DNA from: Lophium mytilinum
Taxonomy: Eukaryota
Assembly: GCA_010093605.1 (NCBI GenBank)
Contig: MU004184.1
Coordinates: forward strand, 312,179-360,966
DNA: 48,788 bases
Direction of reading: 5' to 3'
A program made the translations under genes and the position numbers. This document shows, in pieces, positions 12,028-23,556 of the stretch (the first letter of the stretch is position 1; every line of letters begins with the position of its first letter). The notes under the pieces were generated by a model. That model ran no database searches, was not told the DNA's origin, and saw nothing but the letters and a program-made list of their open reading frames with translations.

Positions 12028-15000
12028 GAAAGCGCTGATGACCATGGTATGGCCGAGCGCACTGCGACCGCTGTGTACAGTAAATTTGTTGCCATCCCAT
12101 TCCACACCTACCCCTACTTCAATGAAGCATAGCCTTTTGGTATTTTATGCTCTAAGATCCCTCCATATACCTCACCCATTCATCCTGTAGACATAGGAAA
12201 GACACATCCTGACATCATATAGTCACCTCATACCAGGCTCTTGACCTCCGCAACCCTTCAACAAAATATAACATTTTCTCCGCCTTTCCTTTCGAAAGGC
12301 TGTGCTGCTGCATGGTATTGATGCTCGACCGCGAGTCCTATACTTCCAATCGCGGCACCCGAGATCAAGCGAGTGGAGTGTTGAACCAAACCCTCCAGAC
12401 CGCCGCAGACGAGCTACTGGAGGCTTTGGAACTTTATAACACGAAACGAGACTGGTGAGACCACACCCTGGTCGATAAAGCTCTGTAGAATCTGGTGACG
12501 GGATCTATGACCTCTCACGTCCGCGGAACAAGATATGCTGGGGTCACGATGGTAAAGGCGCGGGCGTTGGAAAAGACCAGGGAAATCCAGGGGATGAACC
12601 TTGTGAGAAGGGCAAAACAGAGGGGCATGTACGTCTCTGCATCTTCACAGACCTAATTCGCCGTGCCAAATAGATCGAGAGCATAGACTCGGGGTAGACT
12701 ATTCTTCCTGTGTCTGTTTGGACTTCTTGAGTCGATAAAATACTACGTCTCGACCACCACTGAGGGTTCAAATCGGCGATAAGGGTGTTGAACACAATGA
12801 GAACAGGCTGAAATAAGAAGCCTTGGAATTCAGCGATGCTTTGCTTCATATTTCTATCCTCTCGGGCGCTATGCTGCTTCAGCTCGCGGAGCCGCCTCCG
12901 ACTTAACATTCTGACCCCAGCTCCCTCTACTAACCTAAGACCCTCTCCCGATCTGACAAAGTCGATACCAAAGCACATCCCCAGCAAAAGCATTGCTATC
13001 CTCTCCCGTAGGTCCGACGTCATCGTCGGCTTACTCCAAACTGGCCTACGCCTCGACTACCGCAAAGTTACGCCGCAGGGAAGTTTTACCCCAACCTCTT
13101 CGCACTCAAGCTGGAAGCCTCCCGAGCGGGAGCACCTCCCGTACCGCAGCGACTTGCATGCGAGGCAGCGATGTAGAGGGGTAGAAGCAGGCTCGACGCT
13201 GCCTGCGAATCGAAAGTGCACGGTATCAACCACCTAGGTACATCGAAGACAACGAAAAACTTTTCAGGGCGCGATTCAACTGCATACTTTTGAAGCCGGT
13301 ATCGCGCTCTGCACCGTATCTGCGATCGCAACCTATCCCTAGGTGAACGTGACAGACAATCTGGCAGGCGGAAGGACACTCAAGCTCAGGCACCATAGTG
13401 AGTACAGAGCTTCGGGCGGAGGAGAGGAAATTAGTGCTGACAATTAGCGCAGTAGCGTTTACTTCCCGGTACTACCCCCTCATGGCAGCCCTGTGGTCCC
13501 AATTGTTGATGCTAAAGCACGACTATCCTGTCAAGCGCCCATTAAAGCTGAGGAAGACATTCCTGCAACCACTTAGAATTGCTGCTTTGTAGTTTACAAC
13601 CACACATACGATAATGCCTTACGACGACGTTGTTCTTATACGTCGCGCCGAAGCCCGCATCTTCCCAGCCGAACCATCAACGATCAAGTCGCATCATTGC
13701 CGGACCCACCGTGGCATTTCCCAGAACGTTTGAGGTTGGACTCGGCGATAGTGTCCCCAGGTTGCGGTACCTCATCATGCTACGCTTCTAGACAACCGAG
13801 AAAATTTTGTGGATCATGGCGGTCTTGGAGAACTAGAAGGCGGCGAGGAAGACGAGAAGGAATGTGATAAGGGATAGTTACAGGAGTTGTTCTATGCAAT
13901 GGCGCAGACTTTGGTTTCGGAAAAGGCAGCTACGGGCAATAACGGCGGAGTTTCCGGGAGCGTGTTATGAGATTGGAAAATACACCTTCAATGGCCTAGA
14001 AGTGGTTCTATGGATACACCTTCGCAAAAGCTTAGGTTTTTTTGGCAAGTAGGAAGTGAGAGCAGCTATCCCATCCAAGTTCACAGGCGTAGTATACTTG
14101 TATAGGGTAAAACTAATCCAGAAAGTGCGCTCGCTCTGTGCTCTTTCCCACGCTAATGTCTGCTGTCTTACCCACGACTAGGTTTCCCATCCACATGCTC
14201 CTCTAATCATCTACTTACTCCCTTGACTCTTAACGCGGTCACTATACCCGCGAGTCAGATTCATGCCCGTACATCTTCAAGCCTGCTCACCGAGCCAAGC
14301 TCGTAGTTCTGCAAGGCCGGCCACCAAGTTAGATCGGATGGCTGTCCACTACTCTCGCCAGCAGGCTTTGCGCCTCCCTTGACAAGACCCACTCACCTTT
14401 ACACGAAACCTGATCTTTCAATTATGGACTCGAACCGGACAGCCGGGCTCCGCACCATCGACCTCCAATGTTCCAAGATTCTTGCTATCGCCAACTTCAG
14501 CCGCGGTTCCAGATCGCTTCGCACACCACTCACGCCGGCGCCTAGGAAGTGGCCCGCAGCATTGTCCGTCCCATTCACGACCGTTATAGCTCATGGTTTG
14601 CTTCGTGTCCTGTCCTGAAAGACTAAGTATTATCGTGAGGGCTTTTGTGTTGAACTGTAGGTAGTAGGGCGCTCTGAGGAGAGCGAGGCCAATACTGGGC
14701 GACGCAAAAGCGGCGTGCATCTACAAAGGCGTGGAAGAACAGCGCGATGCCGCAGGCAATTTGGAGGGTCTCGCGATCGTCTTACGGGGGTGGGAAAGTA
14801 GGTATGAGTGAGACCAGCAACTTGCCAGGGAAGAGGAATCGGAGGGGTGAACGGATAGATTGTTTGCGTTCCATCAGAGGCGTCCTTCTCGGACAGTGTG
14901 AAAAGGGTATCAGTCGGGTTTGCGCGGAAGGACGAACGGATATCTAGATTGCTGAAATGTAAGCTAGAACGGAGCCCGTGGCGCGGGGAAGAGTGAGATA

Positions 15001-15432
15001 CATAGACATTGGAGTAAGAATGCTCTGCGGGCGCATTCAGTCTAAGCATCTTATAAAGACGTTGTACGGAGTGGCGGGTGCTGAGATCATGGAGAAGGAG
15101 GCGTCTTAATGCTGTCACAGGTGCCATTTTCTCCGTCCGGATGTCCTTTCCTGCGAGCTTTCTCATGCGTCAGCCATCTATCTCTTCGTTGAATGTTGTA
15201 GGTCTCAATTTAGGGAATACGTAATAGTGTTAGTTTCGATAGAGCCCTGTGGTGATCCAACAAGACAGAATGTAGTGAAATGCTAAGCGTAAGAATATGA
15301 CGCGTTCACGTGTGACTGCGCTCAGGGAGATTTTGTGGCCGTGACAACTGCAACAAACAACCTGCTGTTTTCGCCGATGCTTGTATTGAATCAAACCGCG
15401 GGGCGCGGGGCGCGGGGTGTGTGCTGCCTGTG

Positions 15433-15500
15433 CTCACGTGCTGGCTCGCCTGATGTGGCTGGTGCGGGCGTTTGTTTTGGTCTATATATTTGCTATAAAT
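15433..15500 (+). promoter_or_regulatory. U6 (copy A) upstream promoter: CTCACGTG E-box and TATA box
   Basis: CACGTG at 15435-15440 (-78) and TATATATT at 15483-15490 (-30); both are positionally conserved upstream of the second U6 copy. Confidence 0.7.
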
Positions 15501-15512
15501 TCAACGCACTTC

Positions 15513-15615
15513 GCCTTCGGGCATTTGGTCAATTTGAAACAACACAGAGAAGATTAGCATGGCCCCTGCACTAAGGATGACACGCTTTATCAAAGAGTAG
15601 CTTCAAAATTTTTTT
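15513..15615 (+). ncRNA. U6: U6 spliceosomal snRNA, intronless copy
   Basis: GCC-UUCG-GGC 5' hairpin, CATTTGGTCAATTTGAAAC (A box), ACAGAGAAGATTAGCATGGCCCCTGCACTAAGGATGACACGC core (ACAGAGA box, AGC triad, ISL), T7 Pol III terminator at 15609-15615. Confidence 0.98.
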
Positions 15616-15639
15616 AGCTTTTGTTTTGCGCTTAGATGA

Positions 15640-15649
15640 GGTTCGAGCC
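15640..15649 (+). promoter_or_regulatory. Downstream (extragenic) Pol III B box of U6 copy A
   Basis: GGTTCGAGCC ~25 nt after the terminator; the same motif is at the same place after copy B. Downstream B boxes are established for budding-yeast SNR6. Confidence 0.8.
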
Positions 15650-18262
15650 CCGCTGTGGTGACATAATATCTTTTTGCCGATTCCTTTATTTTTTAGGAAC
15701 AGAAGTTTCTTCATGCGCTTAATACATCCTATGTAGAGCACAGTGTATGGTAAAGGATGTATCTAATGCAATAGCCCCTGGATATCAGATAGCTATGGTG
15801 CTTGATGCCGCCGGGCTCTGGTTTTGATGACATCCTCGAATCTAGGAACAGCACGGCATCACTTATAGCCAATGTAGTCGTGGAGAGTCTTCAAACAAGG
15901 CGCTTTGCAATGCTCGTACTGTTTAATAAAATTGAGGCTTGTGGTAGGTCGGCCAAGACGTGTTCAACTAATGTGAGAAGATCGCTTCGGGTGCTGCGTG
16001 CTGTGTATGCTTCTTCGGTCTCAGAGCAGAATTCTACAAGAGGGTCGCGATGCAGGACCGACGTAGTTTGTGAGAGCTCCGGTGTCTTCGTAGCGCCAGG
16101 CGGTAGTCATCTAAATCGCGAGGTTAAGGCTTTTTAGGTAACCACCTATCAGTATTTGCGGCGGTCGCAAGGGGAAGGCAGCCTACCACTCATGGCTGCT
16201 GTATACAGATTCAACAGGCTCCCGTCTCAGTGTGATGTGGTCTATCCATGGTCGAAGACGCTCGAAACCCCAAGAAAGGACCTTACGCGTTTCGCTGCTC
16301 CTATTTGTCATCGCTGATGATGACGCTAAGGGCGCTGTGCTACTCAGTGATAGCGACATCATGGTGGACGTAGGATGTGAGGAGTGACTTTCGATGTTCT
16401 TCGCCACTGCAAGCTGTATGTTCGGGATATCGCAGCAAAGAGCCTTGACCACACCAAGTATTCCCCTAAGCCGTGGCGAAAGTTCCTCACCGACAGAGAC
16501 TCATGCAATGTTTCCCTTTGTTAGCAAGCAGATGGTGGCCTCATAATACAAGTATTTCTTCGCGAAAAGTGTGTCTCTGTTCTTTTTATTGTGGCAACCG
16601 TTGCGCAAGTGGCCTCTGAAAGAACCTGAATACGGAATGCACGCTGAAAGAATAGAAGTTTTATTCCAACTACTTAAGAAAGAGTCTATACCCTAATGTA
16701 GCATACATTGAGTCAGTCGTCTGTAACTCCGGCCTCACGGCGCACCGTTGACCCATTCGAACTCTGAAATCGCTGTGTCCCTCGAGATTGTACACACCTT
16801 GGCGGTAGGGGTTGAAAGGGCATTGGGCTTTTCAAGCGAGTAATTGCTATGGCGAGCAATACATCCTGAAGTTTCGAGGCTTTTGGAGAGCTAGGAGTGA
16901 GTCTTGGCTTATTTTGTAACTATCCTATAACTTTCTTCCGTGTACCACGACCTCTCATTCAATGACTTCGAAATTTGTTCGTTTCCCATCGAAATGATTA
17001 CATACGCAGGGAAGCAGCGGCGGCACTCCACAAGCGGAAGAGAAAGGCCTCGAGACGTAGATGGTGGAATACGGCGGTACCCAAACCGAATTGTCCAGAA
17101 GTGTGTCCAAAAATTCAGTTCCTTGATTGAGGTCCACCAAAAACGGAGCGAGAAGGCGGGTTTTGGAGGCTCAAGACTCGCAAAAGGACTACGCTTCTCC
17201 TATTCCGATATCCTATCAACCATCTCAATCTCCCACTTCAACCAATGTACGTTGTCGAGGGGACCCGGAATAGAGGCGACGAGAAGCAAAAGGTATTCCT
17301 AGAGCATCGAGATCAGTTCCTCCATGAACTTTAAACTTTCGAGAGTCAATCCTCCGATGCGTAAGATGTGGGAGCTGGCTTCTTTTACCAGCTCCCATCA
17401 CTGACTCCGGCATTCCAGGGAGTGGCGAAGAGTGTCTTTCCGCCACCGAGTCTAATCCAAAGTACTGCTCTAGATGTAGAAACGCGGTGTTCGGCTTGCT
17501 TCTGTTCAATCCTGGCCCCATGCCGAACCTTCAAGCCACTGATAGACAAGAAAGATCTATTGGGACCGGGTGACACTCGCCATGGGAGCACCTTATGGAG
17601 GGAGAACCGGGTGGGAGGACTCGGGCTATAGAGATGAGAGCTTCTAGAAGGAGAAGTGCTCACCTCGACGAACGCAGGCTTCATCAATTTTGATTTAATA
17701 TGGATGTCCTTGGAGGAAGCCGGTGCTAACGATTCTGGGCAGTAAATTTCAGAACGATCAAGAGCGAGGCTAGGTCAGTTGCCAGCGACCCGGCGCGGAG
17801 GTGAGGGTCGAGAGAAAGCAACTCGGGATGCTATACCGCGGAGCGAAGAGAACACCAGAGCGAAAGGGCTGAAAGGAGGTAGCATGCGAAAAAGAGAGCA
17901 GAGAGCAAGATGTTCGCATTTTTAGAACGCCCACGGAGGCCTGATAATCCCAGACAGCACCCTCTCCGACCCACTAGGGCTAGCGCGTCATTCCGCCAAG
18001 AAGCTTTTACGCCGAGGAGTAGCCGCTCGAGCGAAGCCGCCCACAGAAGTCGGAGCTCGCTCTCCGTCACTTCGTCAACACCACACCTCTGTCACTACCA
18101 CATGATTGTCCTGATTGATTCACTATTCCTACGCTGTCACACCTCCTGTGCCTCAACGCCAGCAATCAAGAGGCGGAGGAGTATCTTGGAAGCGTAGCCA
18201 TATCGCTTTCAGAGCTGTCTACCGTTGAGGCAGTTCTCAACTTGCAAGATCTAGAGGCTACG

Positions 18263-18864
18263 GTGAGTGTTCGTCTTGTACTCCCCCACTCCCCCTTTGC
18301 AATGATGAGAATAAGCCCAATGGCCTAAAGGTAGCCGTGGCAGGTTCTCGTGATGGCAGTCTTCCAGCCTCAAAGTACTTCCCTTCTTTCCACCCCTCTC
18401 ACCGCCTTCCCTTCCCTTGCCCTTCACACTGCGCGACTGGGATGACTGCTGGATCTTGTAACTCTGCTCGGTCGCCGATGCAAGGCCCCCAATAATCTCC
18501 TCGAATCTTCCTAAATCAACAACGTTTGAAAACTTGCTTTACCTCTCACTCATCAAGAAGTACACTTGCCTAATAAAGTGACTGTTGTAGGATAACCGTC
18601 AGGCGTAAGTGCCCGTCTTATACTCCTCTACTCCCCTACTGCAATGACGAGAACGATTATTTGCCTAAGGGCGGTCATGACGAATTCTCGTGATGGCAGT
18701 CTCTCAGTCTCAGACCGGAATTATTGAACGATCCTGTGACCTGCGCGGCTGTCGAAGCCGGATCAACAATAGCTAATCTTCTTTCTGAATCAACAACATT
18801 TCGAAACTTGCTTTACCCTCCACACATCAAAAAACACACTTGGCTAATCAAGCGAGTGGTGCAG
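18263..18864 (+). repeat. Two homologous long spliceosomal introns (18263-18590, 328 nt; 18605-18864, 260 nt) flanking a 14-nt microexon
   Basis: GTGAGT...CCTAAT...TAG and GTAAGT...GCTAAT...CAG. 5' and 3' parts align (e.g. TTCTCGTGATGGCAGTCT and AAACTTGCTTTACC in both). Splicing both keeps a frame open: ...LQDLEAT-DNRQA-TSFNEASHDFW... Confidence 0.7.
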
Positions 18865-19404
18865 GACTAGCTTCAACGAAGCTTCACACGATTTCTGGCC
18901 CGCAAGTGAATACTCTTGCTCGATTTGGCCCCTCGACTCGAGCGATGAGACACGGAGAGCCCTGTGACTGACTCTCGTGGAGGTGGCCCGTCCTGTCTCT
19001 CCGGAGGCTGGGTGCGTCACCCAACCTCATGACCTGCTCGGTCGGCCACTGTCAACAGAAATGTTCTTCTGATACCTCTCTTTCCTCGCTTGGGACTAGC
19101 ATCTCGTTCGTCCTAGTTCTCATAGCTAGGTGTTATCGATCTTGCAGGGACACACATTGCCCGTTGAAGCGCTCGTTTGCCCGAGAATCATCGGTAGGTC
19201 ACACTTTCCCGTCCTATTTCCCTATTCCTTGTTCTTACGACAAATCAAGCCGCACAGTACCCTTGGTCTGAGGTGGGTCGGACTTAGTCTCGTGAAGGCG
19301 GCCCGGTTCTGCCTGACTCGTGGGGTTGCTACGCTGCCCCGATCTTGTGAACTGTTCTTCAAATCTTCTAAAGATAGATACGCTAACGTTTATGGGACTG
19401 CTAG

Positions 19405-19864
19405 GATCCAATATACCGTCTCGACGACGAACAAGAAGGTCTATACCGAGGAGGAGGGGCGTTTCTTGCTCATGCAGAGGGCCCAACATAACACTGAGAG
19501 GGATGGCATCTGTGAAAAGATCCGGGACGATATTCGCGAGTCGCCACTGCTCTGCCTCGACTGGTTCTCCCTCAGCCGTACGCCCCAGGAAACCAGCCGA
19601 TGATGCATGGCCCTCCTCATTACTATGATCAAGGAATGTGAGCCTCGAAGACCAACGGGCGCAGCCCTGGAAAGAGCGAGGTGAATCGTCGGCGGAAGAA
19701 GAACCTGTTGGAGATCATCACAAGAAGCACTACTTCTCCCACTCCCGTCACCAAGGATATGAGCCTGGGCGAAGACCAACGGTAGGGGTGCTGGGAAGGG
19801 CAAGCGCGCAATCGAAGAGGATGAATCGGAGGAGGAAGAGGATGCTCTAGTCAAAAAAGGCTAA
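19405..19864 (+). pseudogene. isw2: C-terminal (SLIDE domain) fragment of an ISWI chromatin-remodelling ATPase
   Basis: IQYTVSTTNKKVYTEEEGRFLL...EKIRDDIRESPLLCLDWFSLSRTPQETSR*CMALLITMIKECE resembles the fungal Isw2 SLIDE motif (YxVSTTNKKVYTEEEDRFLL...IRESPLFRFDWFFLSRTP). Premature TGA at 19601; acidic tail GKRAIEEDESEEEEDA; no ATPase domain upstream. Confidence 0.85.
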
Positions 19865-21128
19865 GCAAGGGGACCCGCTTCTGAAAGGCAAAATCGGGTT
19901 CATTCCATATCGGAACGCTTCCTTCGGCGAGTGCCGTCAAAGAAGAACCTCAATCGACGCAGGCCGGCCTTTGCGCAGAAATAAACCGTCTCGCGGCATC
20001 GTGGGACTAGAAGAAGTATCTAGACGGTAGGGAGACGCCCAGACACCCAGACCCCCAGACACGCATATGGGAATACTGTCGTCAAACGCTTTTGAGAGTA
20101 CTTCAACGATCGAGGTGGATCAAACCAATCAACCCAACACTACAACCTGCTCTGTGACGGCAAGACGCCTGCTCTCATGCCTTGGCTTTCCCCACCGTTG
20201 TAGCTTTCTCCACATCCGCCTTGTCCATCGCCGTCTCCCACATAACCACCAACCAAGCCACATACATCACCACACCCACGCCTCCGATGGCTACCTCTCT
20301 TGAGCGATCTTCGTCAGACTCGATAAGTCTCTGAGCCTCTGGCGCATGCCCGGCGGAAGATGTTCTAAGCAGTCTTCCTGTCCTAGTGTCGTGCGCTTCG
20401 AAACAAACGGTGGTGTTGGCGATAGGGATATGTATAAAGGCAATGATAGGTCGAGTACTGATATGTAAGGGAGGGATTAGTCTCAGGAAGACAAGTGGCC
20501 TCTACTGCATATTCTGTTTCAGCTTAGTGTATCCGCTTGTAGTATAGAGGATGTAGCTCTCATCAATGCACAGGCAGTTTTCTTCTTCATCCACATCAGT
20601 AGACCATGGATTGATGACAACCCATGTCTTTCGTTAGAGGTAGTCGCGCTTAATCTCCCTAAGACTGAGATCAAAGCTATGAGAGCCATGACCTGTCACT
20701 GAGAAGCTGTTCCACAATATCAAGGTGAAAGCGAAGGGAAATGTCTGGCGCGAAAATGCTACTTCGAAGAAAAGGTTGAACGAGCTGAAAGAAACAACCT
20801 CCAAAGGAACAAGGCTAGTCTTGGGAAGGAGATGACTTTGAATGCCTGAACCTTCATGCTACTCTCTAGCCAAATATGCAATGCTACAAAACCTCCGTGT
20901 CTCAAGACTCATATCCCATCCAGTAGTCTCTCTTCACCTATGAACCCAAGCAGCCAGCTCAGTCAATCATGTGGCCATGTGCGAAGATATCCTAGCAGTC
21001 AGCATCGCCAGAACAATGACATCGCTGAATTAATCCACAGTGGGAGCCTCATCAGGCTCACTTAGTTGTGGCTTTAAAAGAGCCAGCTGGCTAGCGGCAG
21101 TCGCGTCCCGCAAACCCTCAACACAACT

Positions 21129-21611
21129 GTGACGCGACCTCAACCTTTCCACCTCTCAAGCCACTCCGCCTACATTACATCTCGCTTCTCCATCAAGCCA
21201 TCCCCAGTACGAGGGTGCCTTGTCCGACCCTCACCATCATTCCGTTCCACCTTCACTATTGCGCGGAACACTCTCTCCCGAATCGACTCCATCATCTTCG
21301 ACGCCGTCACTCCCGTTGCTGGCATATGCAAGCTATATGAGGCTAACATCCCCGAAATGCTCCAGCGCTAGCTGCCGGCCGGAGAAATAAATGTCTTCAT
21401 CCCCTCCGAACTCGCCCTCGAACAGCTCGAGCCTGCCCATGAGCATTACCACCAGCTCACCGCAGACTCCAGGCGCTCAAAATCGTACGATTGCCCAAAT
21501 ATGGTCCCCACCGAGGTCGGATACAAGAAGTTCACGAATCGAAACACACGCATGGAGACAGGTATCTTCAGTGCGAGCAGTCGGGATGCGGGTGCCATAC
21601 ACGCACGCTGA
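21129..21611 (+). pseudogene. Hypothetical gene broken by a RIP-type TAG
   Basis: Frame continues protein-like across TAG 21369-21371 (EMLQR*LPAGEINVFIPSELALEQLEPAHEHYHQL). Confidence 0.3.
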
Positions 21612-22359
21612 CCTCGCCGGGGCTCCCTTCCAGCTCAAGCATATCAAGCTCGATTCCACAGTTGCCACGAATCTTATTCTATGTTGAAAAGAGTTGGGAA
21701 GGTAGCGAGCTACAATGCGCAATACACAACGTCTCCAACTACAGCCAACGTTGGCAGATGTAATAAAAAGCGCTAGATCAATGCTTTACCTCCACGCAGA
21801 AGTAAGGAACCCGTATGGGAAGTCTTCCTGCTGTGGGTTGGGGGCGGTACCACCCAGATTAGTCAGAGGGACAAGTTCCATCTCCCTGTGATCTGAGGCG
21901 TGTGACACATTTTTCTTTGACCACTACTTGATTCTGAGGTATCGAATTGAGGTCTCGCACATGAGGACTTTCTCGAAGCTTGTCACAACCTTTAGATTTT
22001 GAAATTAGCCGATGTCAAAGCCATTGGAGCCCGAGTTAGCCCCTTGTCTAGTCAACTCATCAGCTGTATATAAAGTAGCAACCCCTCCATTTTCAATCCC
22101 TGTAAGGAAACTTTGCGCATATTCTAAGGGATTTGAAGCCCATCACAATTTACAGATACTGTGCATCAATTCCACCCAGCATCCAAGCCGTTGTCACGCA
22201 GGCATAAAGACTGTCCTCAATCCAAGCCCTAAGAACGCTAGGTGCCTCCCATTGAAGTCCCTCGATGCACTATCGAAACCCCAATGGGAGATGGAGCCCC
22301 GCGCATTGGCACCGTCTAATCATACTTCAGTGTACCCTGGACTCTGCATCAATCATAAC

Positions 22360-22881
22360 CTATCTCCAAAACACTGCCGCAACTCCAGCGAGAACCGTAC
22401 CCAAAATCACGGCCAGGTATTCATAGCGCATCCCCCGATCCATTCCCACCACGCGCGCCTCTCCGTTCCACCAGGTGGGCAGAAGACCTTGCTGTTTGTC
22501 CTTTCCCGCCTCCCAAGCCTTCAGTATCTCATTCACCGCCACCATCAGCTCATCGTCCTCTTGTGGCATGCCGCGGGACATCGGCTGCAGGAACTGGATA
22601 GAGGCCGCATCGCCGGTGTCATTGAGCATCGTAAGCGTGCAGTACGGGCAGGTGCTGTGGCCCAGATCCATCCAGCGTTGTAGGCAAAAGAGGCCCAGGT
22701 CGTGGCCACATTGGGGCCGCACGAGGATGTCGAGATCGAGGTCGAGATGGTCGGCATTGTAGGCGTTCTTAGCGAGCTCGGCGGCGAGGAGGATGCGGTC
22801 GGTCGGGTGGAGGGCGAATGGGTTCTTGCAGATGGGGCAGCTAGACGTAGCGTCTACTGTTGTGAATAGGTGTTCGGACAT
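22360..22881 (-). CDS. RING-finger protein (173 aa) with C-terminal transmembrane anchor; putative E3 ubiquitin ligase
   Basis: CPIC...CGHDLGLFCLQRW...TCPYC RING pattern; hydrophobic tail YEYLAVILGTVLAGVAAVFWR*; intact single-exon ORF. Confidence 0.8.
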   Translation of the reverse strand: MSEHLFTTVDATSSCPICKNPFALHPTDRILLAAELAKNAYNADHLDLDLDILVRPQCGHDLGLFCLQRWMDLGHSTCPYCTLTMLNDTGDAASIQFLQPMSRGMPQEDDELMVAVNEILKAWEAGKDKQQGLLPTWWNGEARVVGMDRGMRYEYLAVILGTVLAGVAAVFWR

Positions 22882-23225
22882 TTTGGTGGTGGTTGAATTA
22901 GGACGGGCGGGATTGGGATGGGTGACGAGGAGGAGTTGGTCCGGTGATGATTTTATGAGGGCGAGTGGTCTTTGAGTAGCAAAGGGGTGCGAGACAGCTT
23001 ACACTTTCACTCAAGGACAAGCCAGTTTCACTACGCCGTGGCCCCAAGGGCGTACACAATGTTGCCGCATTGTGAATGGGAACAGTCAGGAGGCAGGCGC
23101 TTTGCAGGGGGCTAGCTGATACCTCAATAATATCTGTACGAATCACAGTATACGAGTACAGGGTTAGTTTTGGAAACATAGACAATGCAATTGTCTTCGT
23201 CCGTGGTCGTTTTGGTCGGAAAACG

Positions 23226-23556
23226 CTAATTCGCTTCAAGTTTGCGCACGGCTTCGACGCTTTCTATCTTTGCTAGCATCTCGCACAGCCCTCCGCTGCT
23301 GAGAGCATCGTGCATGACTTTGACGCTATCTTCTCCTCTGGCGTCGCGCTTCCCTGCATTGTGATGAAGCTTTAATTCGCTCTTAGGTTGCGCACAGCTT
23401 CCACGCTATCGTGTATGCTAGCGTCGGGCATAATCCTCCCCGCTGATTGCGTGGCGAACGGTTTTGACGCTATCGTTTATGCTAGCGTCGGACACAATCC
23501 TCCTGTCTATTTGGGTCGCCCATGGCCTCGACGCTTTCCCTCTCTGCTAGCGTCGT
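23226..23556. repeat. Degenerate tandem array of five ~64-80 bp units, each with a GACGCT...AGCGTC inverted core
   Basis: Cores at 23256, 23322, 23402, 23466 and 23530 (spacing 66, 80, 64, 64). A higher-order ~146 bp period is visible (TAATTCGCT...TTGCGCAC at ~23227 and ~23373). Confidence 0.75.

Noticed and set aside
17369..17397. Perfect 10-bp hairpin TGGGAGCTGG-CTTCTTTTA-CCAGCTCCCA with a loop resembling U5 loop 1
   Set aside because: Loop is not the invariant GCCUUUUAC, and no U5 internal loops or Sm site were found nearby.
18299..18360. SECIS-like AUGA...GA hairpin
   Set aside because: Intronic location, no selenoprotein ORF, and Dikarya lack Sec machinery.
22012..22762. 223-aa and 95-aa + strand ORFs
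   Set aside because: Largely antisense shadows of the RING gene.
23226..23556. CRISPR-like appearance of the palindromic array
   Set aside because: Eukaryotic context, degenerate repeats, mutually related linkers and no cas genes.
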